A stretch of DNA of 64,000 nt, from NCBI GenBank assembly GCA_001767435.1, contig MEKT01000174.1:36299-100298 (forward strand), given 5' to 3'. Source of the stretch: Acidobacteria bacterium RIFCSPLOWO2_02_FULL_65_29. GTDB taxonomy: Bacteria; Acidobacteriota; Vicinamibacteria; Vicinamibacterales; CAVVIG01. A program made the translations under genes and the position numbers. The notes under the pieces were generated by a model. The model worked only from the letters and a program-made list of their open reading frames with translations. It ran no database searches and was not told the origin of the DNA. Shown here in pieces: positions 36,595-45,212 of this stretch. The stretch's first letter is position 1, and every line of letters begins with the position of its first letter.

Positions 36595-37515
36595 TCAGCG
36601 GAGCGCGAAACTGAGCTCGATCGTGACCAGCACCGGCACCGGCTGCCCGAGGCGAGTGCCCGGGCGGAAACGCCATTTCTCCGCGGCCTTCACGGCTTCT
36701 CGGTCGAGGCCGAACGTCTGGTCGAGTGAGCGTACGACCTGGACGCCTGTGCACTCGCCATTCGGTTGCACGACACACTCGACCCACACCTGGCCCTGAA
36801 TCCGCGCGCGCATGGCCTCGGAGGTGTACTGCGGCTTGACCTCGTTGATCGGTACTGGCGTCGTCACGCCGTTCCCGGGCCTGTAGGTGCCGCCACCAGT
36901 GCCCCCGCCGCTGCCCGGCCCCAGTCCGGAACCGGTGCCGGGACCGACACCCGTGCCGACGCCGGTGCCCGCGCCGCCGCCGGCGCCCGATCCTTGAGAC
37001 AGCGTCGAGGGCGTCGATGCGACGTCGATCGTGCCCATCAACGTTTCGTTCGCGGCGGCCAGCGTGACCGCGGGGATGGTCAGCGCCTCGATCGGCGTCG
37101 GCTCCTCCTTGGGCTCTTCCTTCGGCGGCTCGAGAACCGGCGGCTTCTCAATCGGAATGGTGATCTTGTCCTTGCCCGGCAACTCGGCCTTGCGCGGCGG
37201 GTCGGGCATCTTGTTGCCGCCACCGCCTCCGCCGCCACCCGGGCCCGGCTCGGCGAGCCAGATGATCTGATCGCTCGGCGGCACGAGAGCAGCGACCGTG
37301 TCGGTTGAGGGCGGCGTCCAGCGGTTGGCCACGATCAACAACGCCAGCAGGCACGCGTCGAGCAGGATCGACGCGCCGACCGAAAACCCCAAGCGGGCAG
37401 GCTGGCGCTCGAACGCAAACGAGATTTCCTCGGGATGCGCGCCCGGAATGTGCACGGAAAGATGCCCGGCCGAAGCGTTGACGGTCGTCCGGCCGATGTT
37501 GGTGGTCTCTGGCAT
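36595..37515 (-). CDS. tonB: energy transducer TonB-family protein
   Basis: ORF 36595..37515. It has an N-terminal TM segment, a Pro/Gly-rich spacer, and the C-terminal TonB domain VKPQYTSEAMRARIQGQVWVECVVQPNGECTGVQVVRSLD..GLDREAVKAAEKWRFRPG. Confidence 0.8.
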   Translation of the reverse strand: MPETTNIGRTTVNASAGHLSVHIPGAHPEEISFAFERQPARLGFSVGASILLDACLLALLIVANRWTPPSTDTVAALVPPSDQIIWLAEPGPGGGGGGGGNKMPDPPRKAELPGKDKITIPIEKPPVLEPPKEEPKEEPTPIEALTIPAVTLAAANETLMGTIDVASTPSTLSQGSGAGGGAGTGVGTGVGPGTGSGLGPGSGGGTGGGTYRPGNGVTTPVPINEVKPQYTSEAMRARIQGQVWVECVVQPNGECTGVQVVRSLDQTFGLDREAVKAAEKWRFRPGTRLGQPVPVLVTIELSFALR

Positions 37516-37674
37516 GTCAGGCGAGCCGAGCCCGCGAGTACATTTTCGCCTACGCGTCCGAAGGGCTGCAACTGCAAAAAGAATGCCCCCTAGGGCGAGG
37601 CCTCTTGTTGGACGATCCCGAAGGCCATCCGGCCTGACTGTCTCAGCGCGAGTGCGACACGCGTCGCCTGGACC

Positions 37675-38133
37675 CTACACTCGGCCGGTCCAGGCGCCAA
37701 TCGCGGCGTTGCCGCCGCCGTAGGACAGCAGCACGGCCAAAGCGTCGGCGGCGCGCGGCTCGCTGTGGACCGCGACCAGCACGCCGCCGCGTGCGGTCAG
37801 CGCTTCGAAAATGCGGCCGTCGTGCGACTGAAATCCGACACGGCGCATGGTACCCGCCAAGCCGAGCTTCGCAAGATCGCCGGGCGCCGACTGAAGGGCC
37901 GGGACGAGCGGGCCACGCGCCAGCACCGCGCCCGCCGCGGCCACCTCCAGGCGCTCCCCGGCGGCGCCGAGCGCGCTCTGAATGAGCGCGGAAACCTCCG
38001 GACTGTCCTTCGCAAGGATCGTCAACGACTCGGCCGGCAACCCAGCGCGCTTGAGGGCGGCGAGGCCCTTCTCGGCCCACGAGACGTCCTGGAAAACGCC
38101 CACCGTGAATCGTCCCGTCTCGACGTCGATCAT
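37675..38133 (-). CDS. hypothetical protein (152 aa; possibly general-stress YflT/DUF1269-like)
   Basis: 3' part of ORF 37675..38319, from ATG 38133: MIDVETGRFTVGVFQDVSWAEKGLAALKRAGLPAESLTILAKD... It contains an internally duplicated module. The family assignment is tentative. Confidence 0.55.
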   Translation of the reverse strand: MIDVETGRFTVGVFQDVSWAEKGLAALKRAGLPAESLTILAKDSPEVSALIQSALGAAGERLEVAAAGAVLARGPLVPALQSAPGDLAKLGLAGTMRRVGFQSHDGRIFEALTARGGVLVAVHSEPRAADALAVLLSYGGGNAAIGAWTGRV

Positions 38134-38216
38134 GGGAGAGTAATGTATCACGTTCCTTTCGCGCGTTCGTTCACAACACGGACACAGAGGACACAACGCT
38201 GGGGCCCGACGAGAAA

Positions 38217-39380
38217 GTGAAGATCGATGTTGCCGTGATCGGCGCCGGTCCGGCGGGCGCGTGGACCGCGTATCTGCTCGCGGCCCGCGGCGCTCGCGTG
38301 GTCCTCGTCGATCCCTCACATCCCCGCGAAAAGCCGTGCGGCGGCGGCGTCACCGCCCGTGCGCTCGACCTCGTCGCTGACGGGCTCGGTGCCCTTCCGT
38401 CACTGGTCGCCATTCGCTCGGCGCGTTTCGTGGACTCGACGTCGGGCGCGTCGGTGGCCGTCCCGTTCGCCGAATCGCCCGTTCCGGCCCTCTCGGTCGC
38501 GAGCCGCGCGCAGTTCGACGCCGCGCTCGTCGCCGCCGCGGAACGGGCCGGCGCGACGCTCATCCGAGCGCGCGCGACGTCGGTCACGCGCGACGGCGCC
38601 TCATGGCGCATCGCCTGCGCGAACGGGGCCCTCCACCGCGCGGCGTCGATTGTCGGCGCCGACGGCGCCAACAGCCTGACGCGCCGACACGTCGCGCGGC
38701 CCTTCCGGCGCGATCAGCTGTCGATCGCGGCCGGGTTCTTCGCGCATGGTGCGACGAGCCGTGAGGTCGTGATCGAGCTCACGAGCGACCCACCCGGCTA
38801 TCTGTGGTCGTTTCCCCGGCCCGACCATCTGGCGATTGGCATCTGCGCGCAGGCCGACGCGGGCGTGGGATCCGCAGCCTTGCGCGATCGCGCCGCGCGA
38901 TGGATGGAGGCGGTCGGCCTCGCGCGCGGAACGCGCCTGGAACCGTACAGCTGGCCGATTCCCTCACTGTCGGCCGTGGATCTGGCCGTCCTCGAAGTTG
39001 CCGGGCCAGGCTGGATGCTGGCGGGCGACGCCGCCGGACTCGTCGATTCCATCACGCGCGAAGGGATTTTCTTCGCCCTGCAATCGGCGGGCTTTGCCGC
39101 CGACGCGTTGTCGGCGGACCAGGCGCGGGCCTGCCGTGAGTACCGCGATCGCGTGCACGCCGAGATCGGATCGGAGCTGGCGCGCGCCGCCCGCCTCAAG
39201 GCAGGCTTTTTCCGCCCAACCTTCATCCGCCTCATGATCGAGGCGCTGAGGGAAAGCGAGGCCGTCCGCCGCGTGATGGCCGATCTGATCTCCGGCGCGC
39301 AGCCCTATCGGGGCCTCAAGTGGCGGCTGGCCAAGACGTTCGAGCTGAGGCTGGCGGTCAGAGCGCTGCGGCGGCGGTAA
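38217..39380 (+). CDS. FAD-dependent oxidoreductase, geranylgeranyl reductase family
   Basis: ORF 38217..39380 (GTG start), with the Rossmann motif DVAVIGAGPAGAWTAYLLAARGARVVLVD, then KPCGGGV and GDAAGLVDSITREGI. Confidence 0.8.
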   Translation: MKIDVAVIGAGPAGAWTAYLLAARGARVVLVDPSHPREKPCGGGVTARALDLVADGLGALPSLVAIRSARFVDSTSGASVAVPFAESPVPALSVASRAQFDAALVAAAERAGATLIRARATSVTRDGASWRIACANGALHRAASIVGADGANSLTRRHVARPFRRDQLSIAAGFFAHGATSREVVIELTSDPPGYLWSFPRPDHLAIGICAQADAGVGSAALRDRAARWMEAVGLARGTRLEPYSWPIPSLSAVDLAVLEVAGPGWMLAGDAAGLVDSITREGIFFALQSAGFAADALSADQARACREYRDRVHAEIGSELARAARLKAGFFRPTFIRLMIEALRESEAVRRVMADLISGAQPYRGLKWRLAKTFELRLAVRALRRR

Positions 39381-39422
39381 GGGCCCGACGCCGGCAGGCG
39401 ATCGGCCCGCGCGGAGCCGACG

Positions 39423-39431
39423 TGGTACAAT
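39423..39431 (+). promoter_or_regulatory. extended -10-like TGGTACAAT upstream of tatA
   Basis: TGnTAcAAT ends 9 nt before the AAGGAG ribosome-binding site of tatA. Confidence 0.4.
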
Positions 39432-39453
39432 CCTCAACCGAAGGAGTCAGACC

Positions 39454-39615
39454 ATGGGTCGAATTGGACTTCCCGAGCTGGTGATCATCTTTCTCATCGT
39501 GATCGTCATCTTCGGGGCCAATCGTCTGCCGCAGCTCGGCAAGGGCATCGGCAGCGCGATTCGCAATTTCAAGGATGGGATCAAGGACGAGACCGCCGAC
39601 CACAAGGGCAACTAG
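39454..39615 (+). CDS. tatA: twin-arginine translocase subunit TatA/E (53 aa)
   Basis: Below the ORF-track size cut-off. My translation from ATG 39454 (AAGGAG 8 nt upstream) is MGRIGLPELVIIFLIVIVIFGANRLPQLGKGIGSAIRNFKDGIKDETADHKGN*. Confidence 0.85.
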   Translation: MGRIGLPELVIIFLIVIVIFGANRLPQLGKGIGSAIRNFKDGIKDETADHKGN

Positions 39616-41852
39616 CGGCGTTTCTGGCGCTCTCTCCGTCCGGGCCTCTGCTTCGGGCGTCTGCGTTCGAACCGGGGCCGCGCCGCTGATCGGTGCGGGC
39701 CCCGTTCGCCTTCCCTGACACGCTCGAGGATCTCCACCAGGCCCAGATCGATCTGCCGGAGCTCTTGGCTCACGCGAACGACCTGCACCTGCACCTTGTC
39801 GCCGAGCCGATAGGTCTTCTTCGTATTCTCGCCGCGCAGGACGTGCGCCTCCGCCTCGAACCGGTAATAGTCGTCGGCCATCGTCGACACGTGCACCAGC
39901 CCCTCGACATAGTGCTCGATGAGCTCGATGAAGAGCCCAAAGGCCGCGACGCCCGTCACGTAGCCCTCGAATTCATCGCCGACTTTGTCGGCCATGAACT
40001 TCACTTTCTTCCACTGCACGAGCTCCCGCTCCGCCTCGTCGGCACGGCGCTCCATCTCGGAGGTGTGCCGGGCGATCTCGGGTAGGTCCTCGGTGAGACT
40101 CTCGCGCGCCTCCGCGGTCAGGTGGCCCTTACGCGCCGCGCGCAGCGCGCGGTGCACCACGAGATCGGGATACCGGCGGATCGGCGAGGTGAAGTGGGTG
40201 TAGCTCGGCGACGCCAGCCCGAAGTGGCCGAGGTTCTCGGGCGCGTAGCGTGCCTTCTGCATGGTGCGCAGCATCAGAAAGGCAATCGGCTTCTCCTCGG
40301 GCTTGCCGTGGATCTTCTCGAGCAGGCGCTGAAAGTGGCGAGGTTTCAACTGGTCGAGCGGCGCGGCCAGACTGCAACCGAACCCCGAAACGAACTCCTC
40401 GAACTTCGCCACCTTGAGGACGTCGGGCGCCTCGTGGATGCGGTAGAGCGACGGCGCCGCCTCGGCGTCGAGATAGGTCGCGACGGTCTCGTTGGCCAGG
40501 AGCATGAACTCCTCGATCAAGCGGTGCGCCACGTTGCGCTCGAGCGCGATGATGGCCTCGACCAACCCGGCCTCGTCGATCACGACTTCGGTCTCGTTCA
40601 AATCGAAATCGATCGACCCGCGGCGGCGGCGCGCGTCGTTCAGCACGTGAAAGAGCTCGTGCATCAGCTCGAACATCGGCACGAGCGCCTTGTACTGCGT
40701 GATCAACGCCGGGTCGCGGTCGGTCAGGATGCCGTTGACCGCCGTGTAGGTCATGCGCTCGTCGCTGTGGATGACGCCATCGTGGAACTCCCGCCGCACC
40801 ACGACGCCACCTGGATCGATCTCCATGAAGCACGACTGGACCAGGCGATCGACGCGAGGGTTCAGGCTGCACAGGCCAGTCGCCAGTTCCGAGGGAAACA
40901 TGTGCACGGCGCGCTCGGGGAAGTACACCGACGTGCCGCGGTCGTAGGCCTCCCGATCGAGTGCGCCGCCCTCGTCCACGTAGTGCGACACGTCGGCGAT
41001 GTGCACGCCGAGCCAGTAATGGCCGTCGGCCAGCCGTTCGATCGTGATCGCGTCGTCGAAGTCGCGTGCATGCTCGCCGTCGATGGTCACCGTCAACAGG
41101 CGCCGGAAGTCGCTGCGTCCGCGGATGTCCCGCGGCGACACACCCGAGCCGAGCCGGACGGCCTCCGACACCGCCTCCTCCGAGTGCGCGTCGGGAATGC
41201 CGTACTTGCTGATGATGATCTCGTTGTCGACGCCTGGCGCGTTGATGTCACCGAGCACCCGCGCGACTCGTCCGAGCGCGCCGCGCGTCGCCGTGGGCCA
41301 GCGCGTGACCTCGACGGCCACCATCTCGCCTGCCTGGGCACCGCGCTCCTCGCCCGGCGGCACGACCACGTCGATGAGCACTCGCCGATCGAAGGGCACG
41401 ATATGCGCCCGGCCGTCCTCGCCGCGCTCGTACCGGCCGACGAGCCCGCGCGCGCCATGTTCGAGGATCCGGATGATGCGCCCTTCGGTGCGCCCGCCCT
41501 CCTTGACCCGCTCGATTCGCGCGACCACGCGATCGCCGTGGGTGGCGTCGTTCAGATGCGGGCCCGCGATGTAGATGTCGCCGCCCTCGATCGGCCGCTC
41601 CGGCACGACGAAGCCGTAGCCTGAGGGATGCGTCTGCAGGCGGCCGACGTGCAGGTCCATCTTTTCGGGAAGGCCGAACCGATGACCGCCGACCAGCACC
41701 AGGTCGCCCGCCGCGACAAGCGCCTTGAGATGACGCGTGAAGGCCGCCCGCTCGTCGCGGGGCACTTTCAGCACTTGAAGGAGCTCGCGCGCGCCGGCAG
41801 GATGGTGCACGCGCTCGCGCATGAGCAAGAGGATTCGATCTGATGACAACAT
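39612..41852 (-). CDS. rnr: ribonuclease R
   Basis: ORF 39612..41852. It has cold-shock-like N-terminal domains and an RNB domain (TIDGEHARDFDDAI...YFPERAVHMFP). An S1 domain (GDEFEGYVTGVAAFGLFIEL) and a basic tail follow. Confidence 0.9.
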   Translation of the reverse strand: MLSSDRILLLMRERVHHPAGARELLQVLKVPRDERAAFTRHLKALVAAGDLVLVGGHRFGLPEKMDLHVGRLQTHPSGYGFVVPERPIEGGDIYIAGPHLNDATHGDRVVARIERVKEGGRTEGRIIRILEHGARGLVGRYERGEDGRAHIVPFDRRVLIDVVVPPGEERGAQAGEMVAVEVTRWPTATRGALGRVARVLGDINAPGVDNEIIISKYGIPDAHSEEAVSEAVRLGSGVSPRDIRGRSDFRRLLTVTIDGEHARDFDDAITIERLADGHYWLGVHIADVSHYVDEGGALDREAYDRGTSVYFPERAVHMFPSELATGLCSLNPRVDRLVQSCFMEIDPGGVVVRREFHDGVIHSDERMTYTAVNGILTDRDPALITQYKALVPMFELMHELFHVLNDARRRRGSIDFDLNETEVVIDEAGLVEAIIALERNVAHRLIEEFMLLANETVATYLDAEAAPSLYRIHEAPDVLKVAKFEEFVSGFGCSLAAPLDQLKPRHFQRLLEKIHGKPEEKPIAFLMLRTMQKARYAPENLGHFGLASPSYTHFTSPIRRYPDLVVHRALRAARKGHLTAEARESLTEDLPEIARHTSEMERRADEAERELVQWKKVKFMADKVGDEFEGYVTGVAAFGLFIELIEHYVEGLVHVSTMADDYYRFEAEAHVLRGENTKKTYRLGDKVQVQVVRVSQELRQIDLGLVEILERVREGERGPHRSAARPRFERRRPKQRPGRRERQKRR

Positions 41853-41860
41853 CTCGAGGC

Positions 41861-43180
41861 TCAGGCCAACAGGACTATTTGAAGGTCGCCGACGTTGGTG
41901 CCGGTCGGCCCCGTGTGCACAAGGTCTCCGATGGCGTGAAAAAACGCGTAGGAGTTGTTATCGGCGAGAAAGCGCGACGGGGGGGCGAGACCGGCGCGTT
42001 CGGCACGCAGCATGGTCTCCGTGTCGACCAACGCGCCGGCGGCGTCGGTCGGGCCGTCGATGCCGTCGGTGCCGACGCTGGCGGCCGCCGCCCACCCGAG
42101 CGACGCCAGGGGCTCGGCCGCCGACAGCGCGAATTCCTGGTTCCGGCCGCCCCGGCCCGAGCCGGTGACGCGAACCGTCGTTTCACCGCTCGACACCACG
42201 CACAGCGGACGCGCGGAAGTCGCCGCCAGCGCCGCGATCGCCTGGAGGTGCGCGGCGGCCGCGTCCTTGGCGAACCCCACGACCGGCGCATCGAGCGCAT
42301 GGGTCTGGTACCCGAGTCGCGCCGCCTCCTCCGCCGCACCGCGCATCGCGTCGTGGCGGCCGCCAATCACGCGAGTCTCTGCTCGCGCCAGGCGGCGGTC
42401 GCCCGGCTTGGGTGTCTCCGGCAGGTCGCCCGACCGACCGCGCGAGAGCCGCGTCACAACCGCCTCCGGATAAGCATCGGCGCCGTTGAAGCGCTGTAAC
42501 ACGTCCAGCGCCTCGGCGAAGGTGGAGGGATCGGCCACGGTCGGCCCCGATCCGATCACGCTCGGGTCGTCGCCGACGACGTCGGAAATGGCCAGCGCCG
42601 TGCACGGGGCCGCGGCACCCGCCGCGAGCCAGCCGCCCTTGACCGCAGACAGGTGCTTGCGCACCGTGTTGAGCGCGTGGATGTCGGCGCCCGCCTTGAG
42701 CAGCGTGTCGGTCGTCTCCCGCTTGTCCTCGAGCCTCAGCCCGTCGGCGGGCACCGCCATCAGTGCCGAGGCGCCGCCCGACAGCAGCACGAGCAGCTCG
42801 TCGCCGGCGCCGGCCAGGCCCGCCACCGCCAGCGCGCGGCGACCCCCGCGTTCGCTTCCGCCGGTCGGCATCGGATGGCCGCCTGCGATGCATTCGATGC
42901 GCGCGCCCCTCGCCAGATCCTCGTGGTCGAACATGAACGACGAAGTCAGCTCCGGCGTCACGACCACGCCGCCCTTGACGCGACGGCCCGCCGATCGCAT
43001 CGCCGCGGACGCCATCGCGGGCGCCGCCTTGCCCGCCGCGATCAGCCACACGCCGGCTTCACCGGTTTCAGGCGCCATCGACCACGCGCGCTCGACCAGC
43101 CGTCCGGCATCGACCGCACGAAGAGCGGCCCGGACGATGGCGAGGAGATCGGAACGAAGAACGTCGAGGGACTGCTTCAG
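41861..43180 (-). CDS. glycerate kinase / hydroxypyruvate reductase-like (DUF4147 + MOFRL domains); start probably non-canonical (CTG 43180); track ORF starts at ATG 43078
   Basis: ORF 41861..43078 contains IAAGKAAPAMA...LSGGASALM and VVSSGETTVRVTGSGRGGRNQEFAL. The in-frame upstream translation LKQSLDVLRSDLLAIVRAALRAVDAGRLVERAWS looks like the family N-terminus. It contains no ATG, GTG or TTG. Confidence 0.8.
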   Translation of the reverse strand: MKQSLDVLRSDLLAIVRAALRAVDAGRLVERAWSMAPETGEAGVWLIAAGKAAPAMASAAMRSAGRRVKGGVVVTPELTSSFMFDHEDLARGARIECIAGGHPMPTGGSERGGRRALAVAGLAGAGDELLVLLSGGASALMAVPADGLRLEDKRETTDTLLKAGADIHALNTVRKHLSAVKGGWLAAGAAAPCTALAISDVVGDDPSVIGSGPTVADPSTFAEALDVLQRFNGADAYPEAVVTRLSRGRSGDLPETPKPGDRRLARAETRVIGGRHDAMRGAAEEAARLGYQTHALDAPVVGFAKDAAAAHLQAIAALAATSARPLCVVSSGETTVRVTGSGRGGRNQEFALSAAEPLASLGWAAAASVGTDGIDGPTDAAGALVDTETMLRAERAGLAPPSRFLADNNSYAFFHAIGDLVHTGPTGTNVGDLQIVLLA

Positions 43181-43461
43181 TGCGTGTGCTTGGGATCGGA
43201 CCAGGCAGAGAGCCCGGTGACGACATCGAATTTCTTGAGCAGAGAGCTGACCACCCGGTCGGCGTCGTCTTTCGCGCAGAGATGCTCGAGCTGGCTCATG
43301 ATGCGGGTCAGCGCCGCCTCGACGTCGGTTATCGCATCCTCAGAATAGTAGGGACGCTGCTGCTGCAGACAGCGATGGTGCTTGATGAACTCTTCTCGGT
43401 AAAACTCGGTGATGGGGTGCCGCGCGCTGATAGGCCTCGAGTCGGTCACGAAGCGTGGCAT
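43177..43461 (-). CDS. hypothetical protein (94 aa), no family recognised
   Basis: ORF 43177..43461 (ATG start). Third-position GC is coding-like and the composition is balanced (MPRFVTDSRPISARHPITEFYREEFIKHHRCLQQQRPYYSEDAITDVEAALTRIMSQLEHLCAKDD...). Its TGA overlaps a CTG of the glycerate kinase frame. Confidence 0.55.
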   Translation of the reverse strand: MPRFVTDSRPISARHPITEFYREEFIKHHRCLQQQRPYYSEDAITDVEAALTRIMSQLEHLCAKDDADRVVSSLLKKFDVVTGLSAWSDPKHTH

Positions 43462-43545
43462 GCAGATCCTCGAGAAGGGTGAATCGTCCGACTGACCTAT
43501 CCAGTGTAGTGCCGCTCGAAAATGCCTGTCAAGATTCCCGGTCGC

Positions 43546-44436
43546 TCACGAGTCACGGCCGCCCGAGGCCACGAGCCCCCCGAAGCAGCCGACGAGCATG
43601 CCGCCGGCCAGCAGCACCAGGCACAGCTCGAGTGACAAGAAACGTACCGACGACAGGTTGACAGCCGCCGCGAGCGGCATCAAATAGCGACCGCGAATGG
43701 CCAGGAAGACGGTGGCCAGCGCCGCCAGCGCCAGGGCGGCCCCCATCCCGCCCTGCAGCACTCCCTCCATGATGAATGGGCCCCGGATGTAGGCGTCCGG
43801 CGCCCCGACGAGCCGCATGATGTCGATTTCGTCACGCCGCGCGTACAGCGCCAGCCGGACCACGTTGGCCACGGTCAGCGCGGCCGCCACCGTCAGGAAC
43901 GCCCCGAGCACCAGCCCGACCCCTTGGAGCACGTTGACCGCCGCCAGCAGGCGATCGAGCCACTGCCGGTCGTAGCGCACGTCGACCACGCCCTCGCTCC
44001 GGCGCAGGCGCGCGGCAAGCTCGTCGACCGCGTCTTGCGATCCGGGCGTGGTGTGCAGACGCACCTCGTAGGACGCCGGTATCGGATTGTCGCCCACCGT
44101 CTCGGCGGCCGCCGCGAGATCGGCAAACGTCTGCTTGAAGCGTTCGAGCGCCTCGAGCTTCGTAACGAACCTGAAGCTGACGATGAGTGGGCCCGGGGCG
44201 AGCATGGCTTCGACCGCCGACCGCATCTCGGGGGTGGTCTCGTCATCGATGTACACCGACATCTCGGCGGCGCGGCTCCACTCGGCGCCGAGACGCTCGA
44301 GGTTCGAGGTCGCCACGAGGAATGCGCCGAGCACGAACAGGGCGACGGCGATGGTGGCGGTGGACAGCAGGCCCGAGGTGCGCCCGCGCCACAAGCTGGC
44401 GAGGGCTTCGTCGAAGGCGTACTGCAGGGCGCGCAT
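43546..44436 (-). CDS. ftsX: cell division permease-like protein FtsX
   Basis: 3' part of ORF 43546..44727, from ATG 44436 (TGATG overlap with ftsE): MRALQYAFDEALASLWRGRTSGLLSTATIAVALFVLGAF..., with four TM segments and a periplasmic loop. Confidence 0.85.
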   Translation of the reverse strand: MRALQYAFDEALASLWRGRTSGLLSTATIAVALFVLGAFLVATSNLERLGAEWSRAAEMSVYIDDETTPEMRSAVEAMLAPGPLIVSFRFVTKLEALERFKQTFADLAAAAETVGDNPIPASYEVRLHTTPGSQDAVDELAARLRRSEGVVDVRYDRQWLDRLLAAVNVLQGVGLVLGAFLTVAAALTVANVVRLALYARRDEIDIMRLVGAPDAYIRGPFIMEGVLQGGMGAALALAALATVFLAIRGRYLMPLAAAVNLSSVRFLSLELCLVLLAGGMLVGCFGGLVASGGRDS

Positions 44437-45158
44437 CAGACGATCTCGACGATCTGCCCGTGGTCGAGCGTAATGGCGCGCCGGCCGACGCGGCGGATGA
44501 GCTCGCGGTCGTGCGTCGCGACGACGACGGTCGTGCCGCTGGCGTTGATCTCGCGAAACAAGTTCATGATTTCCAGTGAGAGATCCGGATCGAGATTGCC
44601 CGTCGGCTCGTCGGCGAGCACGAGCTGCGGATCGTTGACGAGCGCGCGGGCGATGGCGATGCGCTGCTGTTCGCCGCCCGACAGCTCCTCGGGGAGCGAG
44701 TTCATGCGATGCTGCAGGCCGACCCATTTCAGCACTTGGAAGGTCTTCCGCTGCTGCACGGCCGCCTGTACGCCGAGCACCCGCATGACGAAGGAAACGT
44801 TCTGAAACACCGTGAAGCGCGGAATCAGCCGGAAGTCCTGAAACACGAATCCGACCGACCGGCGATACGCCTGCACCTGGCTGTAGCTGAGATCCGCCAG
44901 GCTCCTGCCCGCGACTTTCAGCTCGCCCTCGCTCGGCAGCTCCTCGCGCAAGAGCAGCCGCAGCAACGTCGACTTGCCGGCGCCGCTCGGGCCGGTCAAG
45001 AACAGGAACTCGCCCTTGTCGATTGTGAGTGAAAGGTCACGCAGCGCATGGACGCCGCGGCTATAGAGCTTCGAAAGCTTGGAAGTCTCGATCAGGGCCT
45101 TCAGTATAGCACGCAGGGCTGAGAGGGCGGAGTCCACAGTTGACAGTCGACAGTTCAC
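44436..45158 (-). CDS. ftsE: cell division ATP-binding protein FtsE (start uncertain: GTG 45158 lies inside a repeat; family alignment suggests CTG 45095)
   Basis: ORF 44436..45158, with (L)IETSKLSKLYSRGVHALRDLSLTIDKGEFLFLTGPSGAGKSTLL, LSGGEQQRIAIARAL and [12 protein letters not shown]. Confidence 0.9.
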   Translation of the reverse strand: MNCRLSTVDSALSALRAILKALIETSKLSKLYSRGVHALRDLSLTIDKGEFLFLTGPSGAGKSTLLRLLLREELPSEGELKVAGRSLADLSYSQVQAYRRSVGFVFQDFRLIPRFTVFQNVSFVMRVLGVQAAVQQRKTFQVLKWVGLQHRMNSLPEELSGGEQQRIAIARALVNDPQLVLADEPTGNLDPDLSLEIMNLFREINASGTTVVVATHDRELIRRVGRRAITLDHGQIVEIV

Positions 45159-45205
45159 AGCGCGGTCAACCGCCCACTGTTGACTGTTAACTGCTGACTG
45201 TCGAC
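45132..45205. repeat. second copy of the heptamer-array element (GTCCACA GTTGACA GTCGACA GTTCACA / TGTTGAC TGTTAAC TGCTGAC TGTCGAC)
   Basis: Located in the gatB-ftsE spacer. It shares GTCCACAGTTGACAGTC with the reverse complement of 29162-29191. Confidence 0.9.
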
Positions 45206-45212
45206 TTCGCCG

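Noticed and set aside
36880-37260. Gly/Pro/Thr-rich repeats in the tonB gene, considered as a DNA-level repeat element.
   Set aside because: This is the normal low-complexity periplasmic spacer of TonB proteins. It is in frame and codon-consistent.
39358-39603. 81-aa ORF antisense to tatA.
   Set aside because: It overlaps a clear TatA gene that has its own RBS, and it shows no motifs.
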